This document shows positions 27,328 through 37,531 of a DNA stretch of 64,000 nucleotides, piece by piece. Source of the stretch: an uncultured Actinomycetes bacterium (GTDB lineage Bacteria > Actinomycetota > Thermoleophilia > RBG-16-64-13); contig CAVPLM010000008.1 in NCBI GenBank assembly GCA_963706025.1, positions 96,001 to 160,000 of the forward strand, written 5' to 3'. Position numbers and translations under genes: made by a program. The first letter of the stretch is position 1. The number at the start of each line of letters is the position of its first letter. The notes below the pieces were generated by a model, which worked only from the letters and a program-made list of their open reading frames with translations, was not told the origin of the DNA and ran no database searches.

Positions 27328-29157
27328 ATGGAGAGCCTCATCGGGCGCACGCTCGGAAAGTATGAGCTCACCGCCATGATCGGTGGCGGTGGGATGGCCA
27401 CGGTCTATAAGGCCCGTCACCCCGGCCTCAACCAGCAGGTCGCCGTCAAGATCCTTCACCCGTTCCTTTCCACCGACCCTTCCTTCATCGACCGCTTCCG
27501 GCGTGAGGCCCACGCGGTCGCCGCCCTGCGCCACCCCAACATCGTGCGGGTGCTGGACTTTGACCACGAGGAGCACATGTACTACATGGTGATGGAGTAC
27601 ATCGGTGGCCCCACGCTGTCCACCGTGCTCTCGGGACGAAAGACCTCCGGAGGATTATCGCTCCCGGAGATCGGCCGGATCTTCACGCCGCTCTGCAGCG
27701 CCATCGATTACGCGGCCAGCCGGGGCATGGTACACCGGGATATCAAGCCTGCGAACATCATCATGTCTGAGGATGGAGAGCCGATCCTCACCGACTACGG
27801 TATCGCGAAGATGATCGGCTCGACCTCCATCACCTCGCCGGGGACGGTGGTCGGTTCGGCGCACTACATGTCCCCCGAGCAGGCACAGGGCCAGGACTGT
27901 GATGTCCGGTCCGACCTCTACTCGCTCGGCATCGTGCTTTTCGAATGCCTCTCGGGAGCCGTACCTTTCGACGGCGACACGACCGTGACGGTGTTGATCA
28001 AGCACATCTCCGCGCCCATCCCGTCGATCCGCGCCCTACGCCCGAACCTCCCGCCTGCGGTCGAGCCGATGCTCACCCGAGCGCTCGCCAAACAGCCGCG
28101 GGAGCGCTACGAGATGGGGATCAGTTTCGCCGAGGAACTCGCGACCGCCCTCACTCCGACCAAGTCCACCCTTCCGGTCACGGAGGTGGTGGCGCCGGCC
28201 GCGATCCTCGCGGAGACGGTATTGTCGGAGGCACCCCCAGCGCCGACCGCCTCCCTCACAGCGGAGACACCTCCACCGCTGGAGACGCCTCCACCGTCCG
28301 ACGCGGCACTTGCATCCGCGGCAGCACTTGCGTCCGCGGCGGCAGTTGCGTCCGCGGCGACAGTTGCGTCCGCGGCACCTGCAGCTGCAGCGACAGTCCC
28401 GTTGGAGACGATCCCTGTATCGGAGACGCCACCGCCGCCCCCGACGCCTGTGTCCACGCCGCTGGCCACCCCGGAGCCTCCGGTCACGCCTCTCGCCCCG
28501 ACGCCGGATTCCACCTCCGTCGAGCAGCCCGTGGTCGGAGCGACTCGGATCGAGACCCTGCCTGTGGTCGAGTCTGTCGCGGTCCCGGCGATGACGCAAT
28601 GGGAGGCGCCCCCGGCTCCTCCGCCTCCGCCGGTGTCGACGCCGGCCGGGTCGACCACGTCTTTCGAGGGAGAGGCTCCGGTCGGTAAGTACGATCTCCA
28701 GGCACCGCCTACCGCGGCCGTGTCGGACTCCGCGGCACCGAGCGCCGGCGGCAAACGCGGAGGAGTTGCGCCTCGCCGCGGCAACCGCAAGAGAGTGATC
28801 GTGGTGGCCGTCTTGGCGGTCGTCCTGGTGGCAGCCATCGGGGCAGGGGCAACCTTCGCGCTACAGGGCGGGGGCACCGAATCGACAACTACGACCTTAG
28901 CCACTACCACCAGCACGACGTCCCTGTCGACGACGACCTCCGCCCCCACCACTTCAACAACCGTGATGTCGACGACGACCGCGAAGCCGATCACCACCGT
29001 CAGGGCAACAACGACGACCACGGCCAAACCGACAACCACGACCGCGAAGGCAACGACGACCACGAAGAAAGTGACAACGACTACCAGGAGGCCGACGACG
29101 ACCCAGAGGCCGACGACGACCACGACCGCCGGCCCGCCACCTACGATCGGGCCGTAG
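27328..29157 (+). CDS. Membrane Ser/Thr protein kinase (PknB-like) with Pro/Thr linker, TM helix and Thr-rich tail
   Basis: GGMATVY, VAVK, RFRREA, HRDIKPAN, DYG, YMSPEQ; TM near 28795-28865. Confidence 0.93.
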   Translation: MESLIGRTLGKYELTAMIGGGGMATVYKARHPGLNQQVAVKILHPFLSTDPSFIDRFRREAHAVAALRHPNIVRVLDFDHEEHMYYMVMEYIGGPTLSTVLSGRKTSGGLSLPEIGRIFTPLCSAIDYAASRGMVHRDIKPANIIMSEDGEPILTDYGIAKMIGSTSITSPGTVVGSAHYMSPEQAQGQDCDVRSDLYSLGIVLFECLSGAVPFDGDTTVTVLIKHISAPIPSIRALRPNLPPAVEPMLTRALAKQPRERYEMGISFAEELATALTPTKSTLPVTEVVAPAAILAETVLSEAPPAPTASLTAETPPPLETPPPSDAALASAAALASAAAVASAATVASAAPAAAATVPLETIPVSETPPPPPTPVSTPLATPEPPVTPLAPTPDSTSVEQPVVGATRIETLPVVESVAVPAMTQWEAPPAPPPPPVSTPAGSTTSFEGEAPVGKYDLQAPPTAAVSDSAAPSAGGKRGGVAPRRGNRKRVIVVAVLAVVLVAAIGAGATFALQGGGTESTTTTLATTTSTTSLSTTTSAPTTSTTVMSTTTAKPITTVRATTTTTAKPTTTTAKATTTTKKVTTTTRRPTTTQRPTTTTTAGPPPTIGP

Positions 29158-29187
29158 TCTGCCGGCCCGCCACCTACGATGGGGCCG
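29128..29187 (+). repeat. 27-bp direct duplication of the kinase 3' end
   Basis: gccggcccgccacctacgat(c/g)gggccg at 29128-29154 and 29161-29187. Confidence 0.85.
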
Positions 29188-29333
29188 GGGCAAAGCGTCA
29201 TGTTTCTTTCGCCGGGTGGCTCAGTAGGATTGCGCATCTGGCCGTTGGGGCGGCCGGCCCTTGACACGTCCGTTCGGGTCGTTCAGTCTAGGGACAGAGT
29301 GCAGACCGGGCACTGTGGAGAAGTGGAGATACG

Positions 29334-30572
29334 ATGAGGCGTACGTCACGATTGTTCGTCGTCGGGTCACCGTTGTTCTTCCTCGGGGTTATTGGCCTGA
29401 TCGCAGTCCTGCTCTGCCCCGGTGTTGCCCTCGGTATCTCGGATTTCTCGGATGTCAAGCCCGGCGACGACTATTCGGAGGCCATCGCCGACCTCTCCAG
29501 CCTGGGAATCATCAATGGCTTTCCTGACGGCACTTTCCGGCCCAAGGCGCTGGTAACTCGGCAACAGTTCGCCAAGATGATCGTGCTCGCCCTGGGTCTG
29601 CAGGTGACCGAGAACGACATCTGCCCCTTCTCTGACGTCCAACGCAGCGGTGCGAACGACCTCTACCCCGACAACTTCGTGGCAGTGTGCGCCGCGTACG
29701 AGATCACCAGAGGAAAGACCGCCAATACCTTTGACCCCTACAGCAACATCAGCCGGGCTCAGGTCATGAGCATGGTTGTGCGCTCAGCGCCTATCGTCCG
29801 CATCACGCTCGACCCACCCACCGGCGCGTACTACGACGACCCCAAGCGCGTGATGCGGAACTTCGATGATCCCACACACGGCCTGAACGCCCATATTGCG
29901 GAAGTGAACTCACTCCTGTGGGGCGTCCGGCCGGACAGTGTCGGCGTGTGGGACCCATGGAAGAACGCCACCCGAGGTGAGGTGGCTCAGATCCTGTGGC
30001 GGCTCCGGCAGAAGATCCCCACCTCGAACCTCCTCGCGTACGACGACTTCTCGGACCCGGACAGCGGCTGGGCCGTCGGCGACTTCCCCAATTATCGGGT
30101 GGGCTACGACCCGGGTGAGTACTATTGGATGGGAATCACCACCAATTATTGGACTTCCGCGTCGTGGTGGGGTGAAGAATTCGAGGACGTATACTGCGAT
30201 GCCTGGGCCTGGCCGATGTGGGTCTCGGGGGACTGGTACTACGGCCTTGTCTTCCGACTACAGGACATGGATAACCGGTATGAGTTACGCGTGATGGGCA
30301 ACGACACCGCGCAACTCTGGAGGCGAGTCAACGGTCGATGGACAGAGATGTCACCGCCCGTCGATCTGCCGCGGTCTGTCAATACTTGGCGCCACCTGGA
30401 AGTCACTATGATGGGCGACTCGTTCGGGGCATGGGTGGACGGCGTCGAAGTCGGTGAGTTCACCGATGGTACGTTCGCGACCGGCAAGGTGGGATTCCAA
30501 GTCGCCACGGGCCAGTCGGATGAATTCGCCGTCTACTTCGACGACTTCTCGGTCTGGCAGATCGTCTACTAG
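29334..30572 (+). CDS. Secreted SLH-module protein with C-terminal concanavalin/beta-sandwich-like domain
   Basis: Signal peptide; FSDV..GIINGFPDGTFRP..TRQQFAKM..ATRGEVAQ; DDFSD..YGLVFR..GKVGF..FDDF. Confidence 0.88.
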   Translation: MRRTSRLFVVGSPLFFLGVIGLIAVLLCPGVALGISDFSDVKPGDDYSEAIADLSSLGIINGFPDGTFRPKALVTRQQFAKMIVLALGLQVTENDICPFSDVQRSGANDLYPDNFVAVCAAYEITRGKTANTFDPYSNISRAQVMSMVVRSAPIVRITLDPPTGAYYDDPKRVMRNFDDPTHGLNAHIAEVNSLLWGVRPDSVGVWDPWKNATRGEVAQILWRLRQKIPTSNLLAYDDFSDPDSGWAVGDFPNYRVGYDPGEYYWMGITTNYWTSASWWGEEFEDVYCDAWAWPMWVSGDWYYGLVFRLQDMDNRYELRVMGNDTAQLWRRVNGRWTEMSPPVDLPRSVNTWRHLEVTMMGDSFGAWVDGVEVGEFTDGTFATGKVGFQVATGQSDEFAVYFDDFSVWQIVY

Positions 30573-30639
30573 CGATCACCGGTAGTCCGCGCCGAGGCTT
30601 GCGCGTCGCTCGTTTGCTTCACTGCATCGGCGGCAGGGC

Positions 30640-30794
30640 TCTTCCTGCTTGCCGTTCCCGCTTTGGCTTTCACCGATGTCCCTGCCGATAGCCAATACGG
30701 GCCGGCTATCGAGGACCTTGAGGCCCGCGACATCGTGCAAGCGCCGGCGAGTCCGGTCGATGGCCTGATCACTGTTGATGAGATGCTCACCTGA
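30640..30794 (+). pseudogene. Remnant of another SLH gene (signal end plus first SLH helix)
   Basis: LFLLAVPALAFTDVPADSQYGPAIEDLEARDIV, no start codon, early stop. Confidence 0.6.
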
Positions 30795-30843
30795 GTGCAC
30801 GGCCCGCAAGCATCCGGCCACTCCAGCCGCTTTTCAGGCGCGT

Positions 30844-31935
30844 TCAATCTCCATCGTGAATGTTGAGAACACCATCTCGAATGACGGTCCGCCTCGTTCC
30901 ATCTGGGAAGATGAAGTCCAGCCGCCTGCAGACAATGGGATTCCCCTTGGCATACACGATGTCCTGGTGGAGCGCCCTGTTCGGCGCGGAGAAGTCTTTC
31001 GGGCCCACCGTCCCCCCTATGTGATCGCTCCGCCCGTATGCCCAGTGGAACCCTGCTTTCTCGTCTTCCAGCACATTTCCAGTGACGACGGCCCTGTCGT
31101 TGCAGCCGATCGCCACCTCGGCAATATTGCGCAAGGCTTTCTCGTCACCGAACTTCTGCCGCTTTTCGGCCGCCATCGGGGCGTCGCCGCGAACGTCCAT
31201 GATCTGATTGCGCTGCACCACGAAGACGGCGATCTCGCCGCCGTAACTCACAGGGATCTCGCCCGTTGTTCCGCTGTCAGGCCTCTCGTTGGGAACCACG
31301 CATACCTCGCCGGAGGGGAGATTCCTGAAGCGGAAGGCACCCGGATCTGCACTCGGGTGCAAGCGACCGTCGTCCTGGATGGCGGGCTTATGGTCGGATA
31401 TGTCGAAATGGCAGGCGTGCCCTGTGGAGAACGTCACTTCGATGCCGTCGGACTGGTCGAAGAGCGGTGCCAGCTGAGCACAGGACTCGGCGATCCTGCT
31501 GTAGTCGGCGGACAACCCCGTCTCCTGCATCGCTTTGGTGACCCCCGGCAGGCTCGCCACGCGCAGCTTTTGGTATTTCTTGGTGAAAACAATGAGCGGT
31601 GCCGAGGCCGAGAACTGGGGCATCGAAATAATGATGGTGGAGTCCCCGGCGACGTCTTCGAGGCGAACACCGTGTCCTTGGCGCAGGCCATACTCCGGCA
31701 ACTCGCCGTTATGCATACCGGTGGCCTCATACATGACAACGGGGTCGAGTGAGAAACCGTACTTCCTAGAGAACTGTGCGATCTCCTGGTGCCAGTCCTG
31801 CGCCATCTGACGTCGGTCCCGCCATTCCTGGGTGTCCTGAACCTCACCGTGGGGCAGGTCGTACATGATTGTCACAACGTCGCCCGTTTGGGGACCGAAG
31901 ACGTCTACGAACAGTCTTTCGAGTGAGAAGGACAT
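30844..31935 (-). CDS. Aminopeptidase T / M29-like metallopeptidase homolog
   Basis: ASLPG, NLPSGEV, NIAEVAIG.N..G..LEDEK..H. Confidence 0.75.
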   Translation of the reverse strand: MSFSLERLFVDVFGPQTGDVVTIMYDLPHGEVQDTQEWRDRRQMAQDWHQEIAQFSRKYGFSLDPVVMYEATGMHNGELPEYGLRQGHGVRLEDVAGDSTIIISMPQFSASAPLIVFTKKYQKLRVASLPGVTKAMQETGLSADYSRIAESCAQLAPLFDQSDGIEVTFSTGHACHFDISDHKPAIQDDGRLHPSADPGAFRFRNLPSGEVCVVPNERPDSGTTGEIPVSYGGEIAVFVVQRNQIMDVRGDAPMAAEKRQKFGDEKALRNIAEVAIGCNDRAVVTGNVLEDEKAGFHWAYGRSDHIGGTVGPKDFSAPNRALHQDIVYAKGNPIVCRRLDFIFPDGTRRTVIRDGVLNIHDGD

Positions 31936-31941
31936 GAAAGT

Positions 31942-32265
31942 CTAGGCGACCGGATACCAGATGCTGGCCGAGAACGAAGTCGGCTCCACCAGCTGATGAA
32001 ATCCCTTCCCGATCCTCTTCATGCCTTCGTCGGCGAAGATCTCGTCGGATACGCGTTCCATCTCCGCCAAGCTCTCGTACTCCCACATCTCGATGTACAT
32101 GTCCGAGACGCTGCCGTACTCTTGCTTCAGCAGCTTCCACGATTTGAGGTCTTTGAACAATGCCGGGTTCTGGTCCTTGAAATCAAGAAACTCCTGAAGC
32201 GCTGGATCGAAGTCCTGCAGCTTCTCCGCTCTCACGACGTATGTCTCGACGACGAACACGCTCAC
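31942..32265 (-). CDS. NIPSNAP/dimeric alpha-beta barrel-like protein
   Basis: FVVETYVV..YIEMWEYESLAE; RBS GGAGG before GTG. Confidence 0.65.
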   Translation of the reverse strand: MSVFVVETYVVRAEKLQDFDPALQEFLDFKDQNPALFKDLKSWKLLKQEYGSVSDMYIEMWEYESLAEMERVSDEIFADEGMKRIGKGFHQLVEPTSFSASIWYPVA

Positions 32266-32675
32266 CTCGGTGCCTCCTCTCGCACGCATATCACCAGACC
32301 GAGCTCGGGCTCGCCGAGCTCTCGTAGAATCTCGGCGTACATGCATCGCGTGTAGTGGTAGCCGATCTCGTTCCGCTCGTCGGTGACGCGCTGCCAGCGA
32401 TGCGACCCTGCGGCCGCCGCGTCTGCTATTGCGCAGAACTCGCGCAGATCCGCCTCAGGCTCCCCCAACTCCATCCGGGGTTCGAACTCCTGCTCCTTAG
32501 CCAGGTCGCGGATCACCTCGCGCGCCTCAGGCCCGAAGCGCCCTTCCATGGCGTGCAGGACCTCAACGGCGAGATCCAGCGAGACCATCATCTTGCGCCT
32601 TAGCAGATCAAGAAGGGCTCTTTCGTTCTCCGGACTGATGGGCTCAGGAAGGATGCCGTTCAGGCTACCATCCAT
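32262..32675 (-). pseudogene. Truncated L-2-amino-thiazoline-4-carboxylate hydrolase-like protein
   Basis: TRCMYAE..LGEPELG.VIC; expected C-terminal half absent. Confidence 0.6.
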
Positions 32676-32927
32676 GTCGCCTCCCCAGCGCTGGTCGTTT
32701 GGTGCGCCTAAAGATGAGCATACAATCCGTAGGTGTGGACCGAGAAGCTGCCGCGACAGCAAGCCCGGGGCCCTGCATCGTTGTAGCGGTGTGGCTGCGC
32801 GCCAGGTCACTGGTCCTACCTGAAGAGGAGGCGTTCGAGATTTGCGCCCGAAACTAGAAGAGAAGCAGTTGCTGTGCGGGATAGAGTGAGAAGGCTTTGA
32901 CGCTGTGCGAAACATCACCCGCCCGAC

Positions 32928-33806
32928 ATGAGCCGTAAGAGCGTTCGTCGTCGACAGCGCCTTCTTGCTGTCGCGGTTCTTCTGGCCGTTGTTCTGGTAG
33001 TCGTGATGGTCGGGTTGGCTGCCTCATCCGCAGAAGTGGACACAACAGCGACATCGGTCGCCGCCACCGTCAGCACTCAGCGATCGATCTCCCAAGAAGA
33101 CCTGCCGGCTGGCCCACTTCCGGCGGAGGCCATCAAGGTCCACGTGCCCATTCTGATGTACCACTACGTAGACGACACTCCCCCACCGGCGGGCCCTTAC
33201 GCAGACGCGCTGACCACGCGGACCAAGGACTTCAGGGCGCAGATGCAATACCTCGTGGATAACGGTCATCACACCGTCAGCCTCGCCGATGTCTACTTGA
33301 CCATGGCCGGACAGGTCGAACTGCCGGCCAAGCCCATCGTGCTGACCTTCGATGATGGAGGTATCGACAACTACGAGGTGGCCTTCCCTCTACTCAAGGA
33401 GTACGGATTGACGGGTACCTTCTTCGTCATAACCGGGAGTGTGGGCAAAGAGGGCCAGATGAGCTGGGAGCAGCTCCAGGAGATGGCCGTCCAGGGAATG
33501 TCGATCCAGTCGCATACAGTCTCCCACCCCGATCTCAGGGCGGTGTCCGCGTCGAAGCTTGAATCGGAACTGGTCGACTCACGCCAGGCCATCGCGGAGG
33601 CGATCGGTGAACCGAGCTTCGTTCTCTGCTACCCGGCGGGCACCTACGACAGCAGAGTCATCGAGGCGACACGAGCCGCAGGCTACGTGATGGCGGTGGC
33701 AACCGACAAGGGCCGGGAGGGAGATCCAGCGGCGGTCTACGAAATGAAGCGCCGAAGGATACAGGCTTTCCTGCCACTCGCCACTTTTGCGAAGCTTGCT
33801 CAGTGA
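32928..33806 (+). CDS. Polysaccharide deacetylase (NodB) with N-terminal anchor
   Basis: PILMYH, LTFDDG, SHTVSH, YPAG. Confidence 0.92.
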   Translation: MSRKSVRRRQRLLAVAVLLAVVLVVVMVGLAASSAEVDTTATSVAATVSTQRSISQEDLPAGPLPAEAIKVHVPILMYHYVDDTPPPAGPYADALTTRTKDFRAQMQYLVDNGHHTVSLADVYLTMAGQVELPAKPIVLTFDDGGIDNYEVAFPLLKEYGLTGTFFVITGSVGKEGQMSWEQLQEMAVQGMSIQSHTVSHPDLRAVSASKLESELVDSRQAIAEAIGEPSFVLCYPAGTYDSRVIEATRAAGYVMAVATDKGREGDPAAVYEMKRRRIQAFLPLATFAKLAQ

Positions 33807-33974
33807 GGTTGAAGCACGAGCACGACGGCGGGGTCAACTTTCATCACCGTCCCCCCAGGCACGGGCGCGACCGCCCCACCACCTTTCGGCGGGACCACTT
33901 CCCCGGAGACAACCGTATTCACCGGCACGACGGAGCCTGGAAGCCAGACCCGAGCGCTCACGTTTCTCGGACCT

Positions 33975-34337
33975 GTGAGCCAGGGCACTTGGCGGGCCTT
34001 GCGCGAGATCGTCGTGAGCGCCCAAGACGACGGGCAGAGGGTGCTCGACGACGTGGCTGCACTCGCCGCGGGACCCCCGGTCGATGCCGGCACGGCCGAA
34101 CTGGATTCGGTGAGCGGTACCGGGGTCACCGCGGGAGCGAGTACCAGCCAGCCTATCGGCGTCGCCGTCGGTGATGACGGGAACCAGGTCATGGTATTCG
34201 CCTACACCGTGACGGGCGAGCCGGACGCGACCACCATGGTGGGGTTCGAGAGGCGGACAAACCTCGTAGAGTTGGTCGAGGGGCCTCTGCCAATCTCGAA
34301 TTCCACTGGCAACATGACCACCATACCCTCGCCGTGA
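33975..34337 (+). CDS. Hypothetical protein, possibly a 3' fragment
   Basis: Protein-like ORF with coding-type codon bias; no motif recognised. Confidence 0.4.
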   Translation: MSQGTWRALREIVVSAQDDGQRVLDDVAALAAGPPVDAGTAELDSVSGTGVTAGASTSQPIGVAVGDDGNQVMVFAYTVTGEPDATTMVGFERRTNLVELVEGPLPISNSTGNMTTIPSP

Positions 34338-34370
34338 ATGGAACGACTGACTCAATGGCCTCGTGCCCCG

Positions 34371-34407
34371 CAGACGGTACCGGGGGTTCGAATCCCCCCT
34401 CTGCACC
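34371..34407 (+). other. tRNA(Ser-like) 3' remnant / candidate attachment site
   Basis: CAGACGGTACCGGGGGTTCGAATCCCCCCTCTGCACC: end of variable arm, T-arm and degenerate acceptor; no D or anticodon arm. Confidence 0.6.
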
Positions 34408-34660
34408 TTTTCCAGGCAATTCTCACAGTGAAGCCCGGTAGCCGAGATGGGACTTTCGTGTCTCTGGAGACCCCTTGGTGACATACTGTGACGAACTCGG
34501 CACCAGCGGGCGTCACCAGCGGGCGAGCGTAGACGGACGGGACGGACCGAATGAACAACCGGGGACCTTGACTCGGTTAGGGGGTTGTGAGAAAAAGAGG
34601 CCTCGATTCCGGTAGGGACCGAGAGTGAGGAGCAGCGATGACCGGTGCAGCAGGGGCGAC

Positions 34661-36521
34661 ATGCCGGACCCGAACGTGAACCAGGACCAAGCGGCGCGCC
34701 AGGACCAGCCGACGCAGGAGCGCCAGGACTTCCTCCGGGAGATGGTCCAGCAGGACCTGGCCGCGGGCCGCATCAGCGGCGTGGTGACGCGTTTCCCGCC
34801 GGAGCCCAACGGCTACCTCCACATCGGCCACGCCAAGTCCATCTGCCTGAACTTCGGCATCGCCCGCCAGTTCGGCGGGCAGTGCAACCTGCGCATGGAC
34901 GACACGAATCCGGCCAAGGAGGACGTCGAGTACGTCGACTCCATCACGGCGGACGTGAAGTGGCTCATCGCCGGTTGGGCGGACCACTGTCTGGGCCTGA
35001 AGCCGGTCGGCCGGCTGGCGGAGAAGCGCGACGTGGGAGGCCGCGAGGACTACTACCTTGCCCCGGTCATGCCGGCGGCAAGAGCCGCGCGGCGGAAGGC
35101 GCTGGAGCCGTTCTACGCCTCCGACTATTTCGAGCCGCTCTACGAGTACGCGCTCGAGCTGGTCCGCAGGGGCAAGGCCTACGTCTGCGACCACACGCCC
35201 GAGGAGGTGGACGCGATGCGCGGCGCGCCCGACCGGCCGGCGCAGGAGAGCGCCTACCGGGACCGCCCGGTGGCGGAGAACCTCGACCTGTTCCAGCGGA
35301 TGCGCGCCGGCGAGTTCCCGGACGGCGCCCGCACGCTGCGTGCGAAGATCGACCTGCGCGCGCCCAACGTCTGGCTGCGCGACCCGGTGCTCTACCGCAT
35401 CCGCCACGCCTCGCACCATCACACGGGCGACCAGTGGTGCATCTACCCGATGTACGACTTCGCGCACGGCCTGAGCGACTACATCGAAGGCATCACCCAC
35501 AGCATCTGCACGCTCGAGTTCGAGGTGCACCGGCCGCTGTACGAATGGATCCTCGAGGCCCTCGAGTTGCCCCGGTCGCACCCGCGCCAGCGCGAGTTCG
35601 CGCGCCTCAACGTGACCTACACGGTGATGAGCAAGCGCAAGCTGCTCAGGCTCGTGCAGGAGGGGCAGGTCCGGGGCTGGGACGACCCGCGCATGCCGAC
35701 CATCTCAGGTATGCGGCGACGCGGCTACCCGGCCGAGGCGATCCGCGCGTTCTGTGAGCGCATCGGCGTCGCGAAGCGCGAGAACATGGTCGAGTTGGGG
35801 CTGCTGGAGCACTTCGTGCGCGAGGACCTCAACCGCCGGGCCCCGCGCGCCATGGCGGTACTGCGACCGCTCCGGGTCGTGATCGAGAACTACCCCGAGG
35901 GGCAGGTCGAGGAGATGGAGGCGGTCAACAACCCCGAGGACGCCGCGATGGGCACCCGCCGGGTGCCATTCTCCCGGGTCATCTACATCGAGCAGGACGA
36001 CTTTCGCGAGGTGCCGCCGCCGAAGTACCACCGCCTGAGCCCGGGAGTGGAGGTGCGGCTGCGCTACGCGTACCTGATCACCTGCACCGGCGTGGTCCGG
36101 GACCCGCAGAGCGGCGAGGTCGTCGAGGTGCGGGCCCGCTACGACCCCGCCACGCGCGGCGGCAGCGCGCCCGACGGGCGCAAGGTCAAGGCCACCATCC
36201 ACTGGGTGTCGGCGGCGCATGCCCTCGACGCCGAGGTGCGGCTCTACGAGACGCTCTTCGCGGTGGAGAACCCGGAGGATGTGCCCGAGGGCCAGGACTT
36301 CACCCAGACGCTCAACCCGAGTTCGCTGGAGATCCTGCAGGGCTCCAAGCTCGAGCCGTCGCTGGCCGGCGGCGGCCCCGGGATCGCGCTTCCAGTTCGA
36401 ACGGCTGGGCTATTTCTGCGCCGATCCGGAGGACTCCCGCCCCGGTGTCCCCGTCTTCAACCGCACCGTCACCATGAAGGACGCCTGGGCCAGGATCGAG
36501 AGGAAGCAGGGCCAAGGCTAG
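34661..36521 (+). CDS. glnS: Glutaminyl-tRNA synthetase (frameshift near 36370)
   Basis: [28 protein letters not shown]; [15 protein letters not shown] in the shifted frame ending at 36521. Confidence 0.95.
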
Positions 36522-36607
36522 GCTGCATCCCGGCCGCGATGGTAAACTTCCTCGCGCTTCGTCTGGGGCGGGGCCTTGGGTTACATTCCCTGCCGCATCG
36601 AATCGAT

Positions 36608-36681
36608 TGCCCGGTGGTGTAACGGCAGCACGACTGGCTCTGGACCAGTTAGCCGAGGTTCGAATCCTCGCCGGGCAGCCA
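36608..36681 (+). tRNA. tRNA-Gln (anticodon CTG)
   Basis: Acceptor TGCCCGG/CCGGGCA, anticodon stem ACTGG/CCAGT with loop CTCTGGA, GGTTCGAATCC, encoded CCA. Confidence 0.97.
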
Positions 36682-36837
36682 TCTTCGCCGCGAGTGCCGC
36701 GAGTGCCGCGTTCAGATTCATCGTTCGCCGAGAAACCTACGCTATTTGGATGGGGTCAGGTTTCGACCCGGCAAATCTGGCCCACTACTCAACCGGCGGC
36801 GACACTTGAGGAGGCCGCCGGTGTCGTTTGAACGCAG

Positions 36838-36875
36838 TGGTGGTGTCTAACCCTTGTTCGGGTTAGACACCACCA
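36838..36875. repeat. Perfect 16-bp hairpin
   Basis: TGGTGGTGTCTAACCC-ttgttc-GGGTTAGACACCACCA. Confidence 0.85.
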
Positions 36876-37091
36876 GACAGGTTGGGGGGTCACAGCTCAA
36901 GGAGGGGGGTTGAGCAATGTGGTGTGACTCCACAACCAATATGCTTGCACCATCAACCTGAATCGCTCCTGAACGCCTGGGTCAAAGCCGGCGTCCCGCC
37001 CAAGCCACAACTCGTTCAGGTACAGATAAGCCGGACCGTGCGACAATGTGGGTGTCCAAGCTTTTGCAGTACTAACGAGGAGAGTATTCGG

Positions 37092-37373
37092 ATGCCTGGT
37101 TGGTTAGGCCCCTGGGAGATCCTTATCGTTGTCGTCATCATCTTGCTGATCTTCGGAGGCAAGTTGATCCCGCGTATCGGCTCTTCATTTGGTCGTTCGT
37201 TAGTGGGGCTCAAGAAAGGGCTCAAGGAAGGCGAAGAGGAGTTCAAGTCGGCGGTCAAGGAAGACGTGAAGGTCGACACCAAGACCGATGACGGCTCTGC
37301 TGGGACTGCACCGCAAGTGAAGAACAGCGCCGATGAGACCGCGACTGAGGCCGAGAAGACCGAGCAGGGCTGA
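37092..37373 (+). CDS. tatA: Twin-arginine translocase TatA/E subunit
   Basis: GPWEILIVVVIILLIFGGK.IP.IG..FG. Confidence 0.92.
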   Translation: MPGWLGPWEILIVVVIILLIFGGKLIPRIGSSFGRSLVGLKKGLKEGEEEFKSAVKEDVKVDTKTDDGSAGTAPQVKNSADETATEAEKTEQG

Positions 37374-37531
37374 CGGCTCAGGGATCCCAGACGCTTCATC
37401 TCTCGGCGCGGACGGGGCAGGGCCTTCGACTCGTCCAGCCGGCCATTGTCCCTGCGCTTCCTCCTCCGTATAGTGGACGGCAAGACTCGACTGCATTGCG
37501 GCGGCCACGCCGCTCGACGCTGGGGGGCGAC

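Noticed and set aside
30570-30794. In-frame TAG readthrough (pyrrolysine-like) into a further SLH segment
   Set aside because: The downstream part has its own signal-peptide end, so it is a separate gene remnant; TAG is a normal stop in other genes here.
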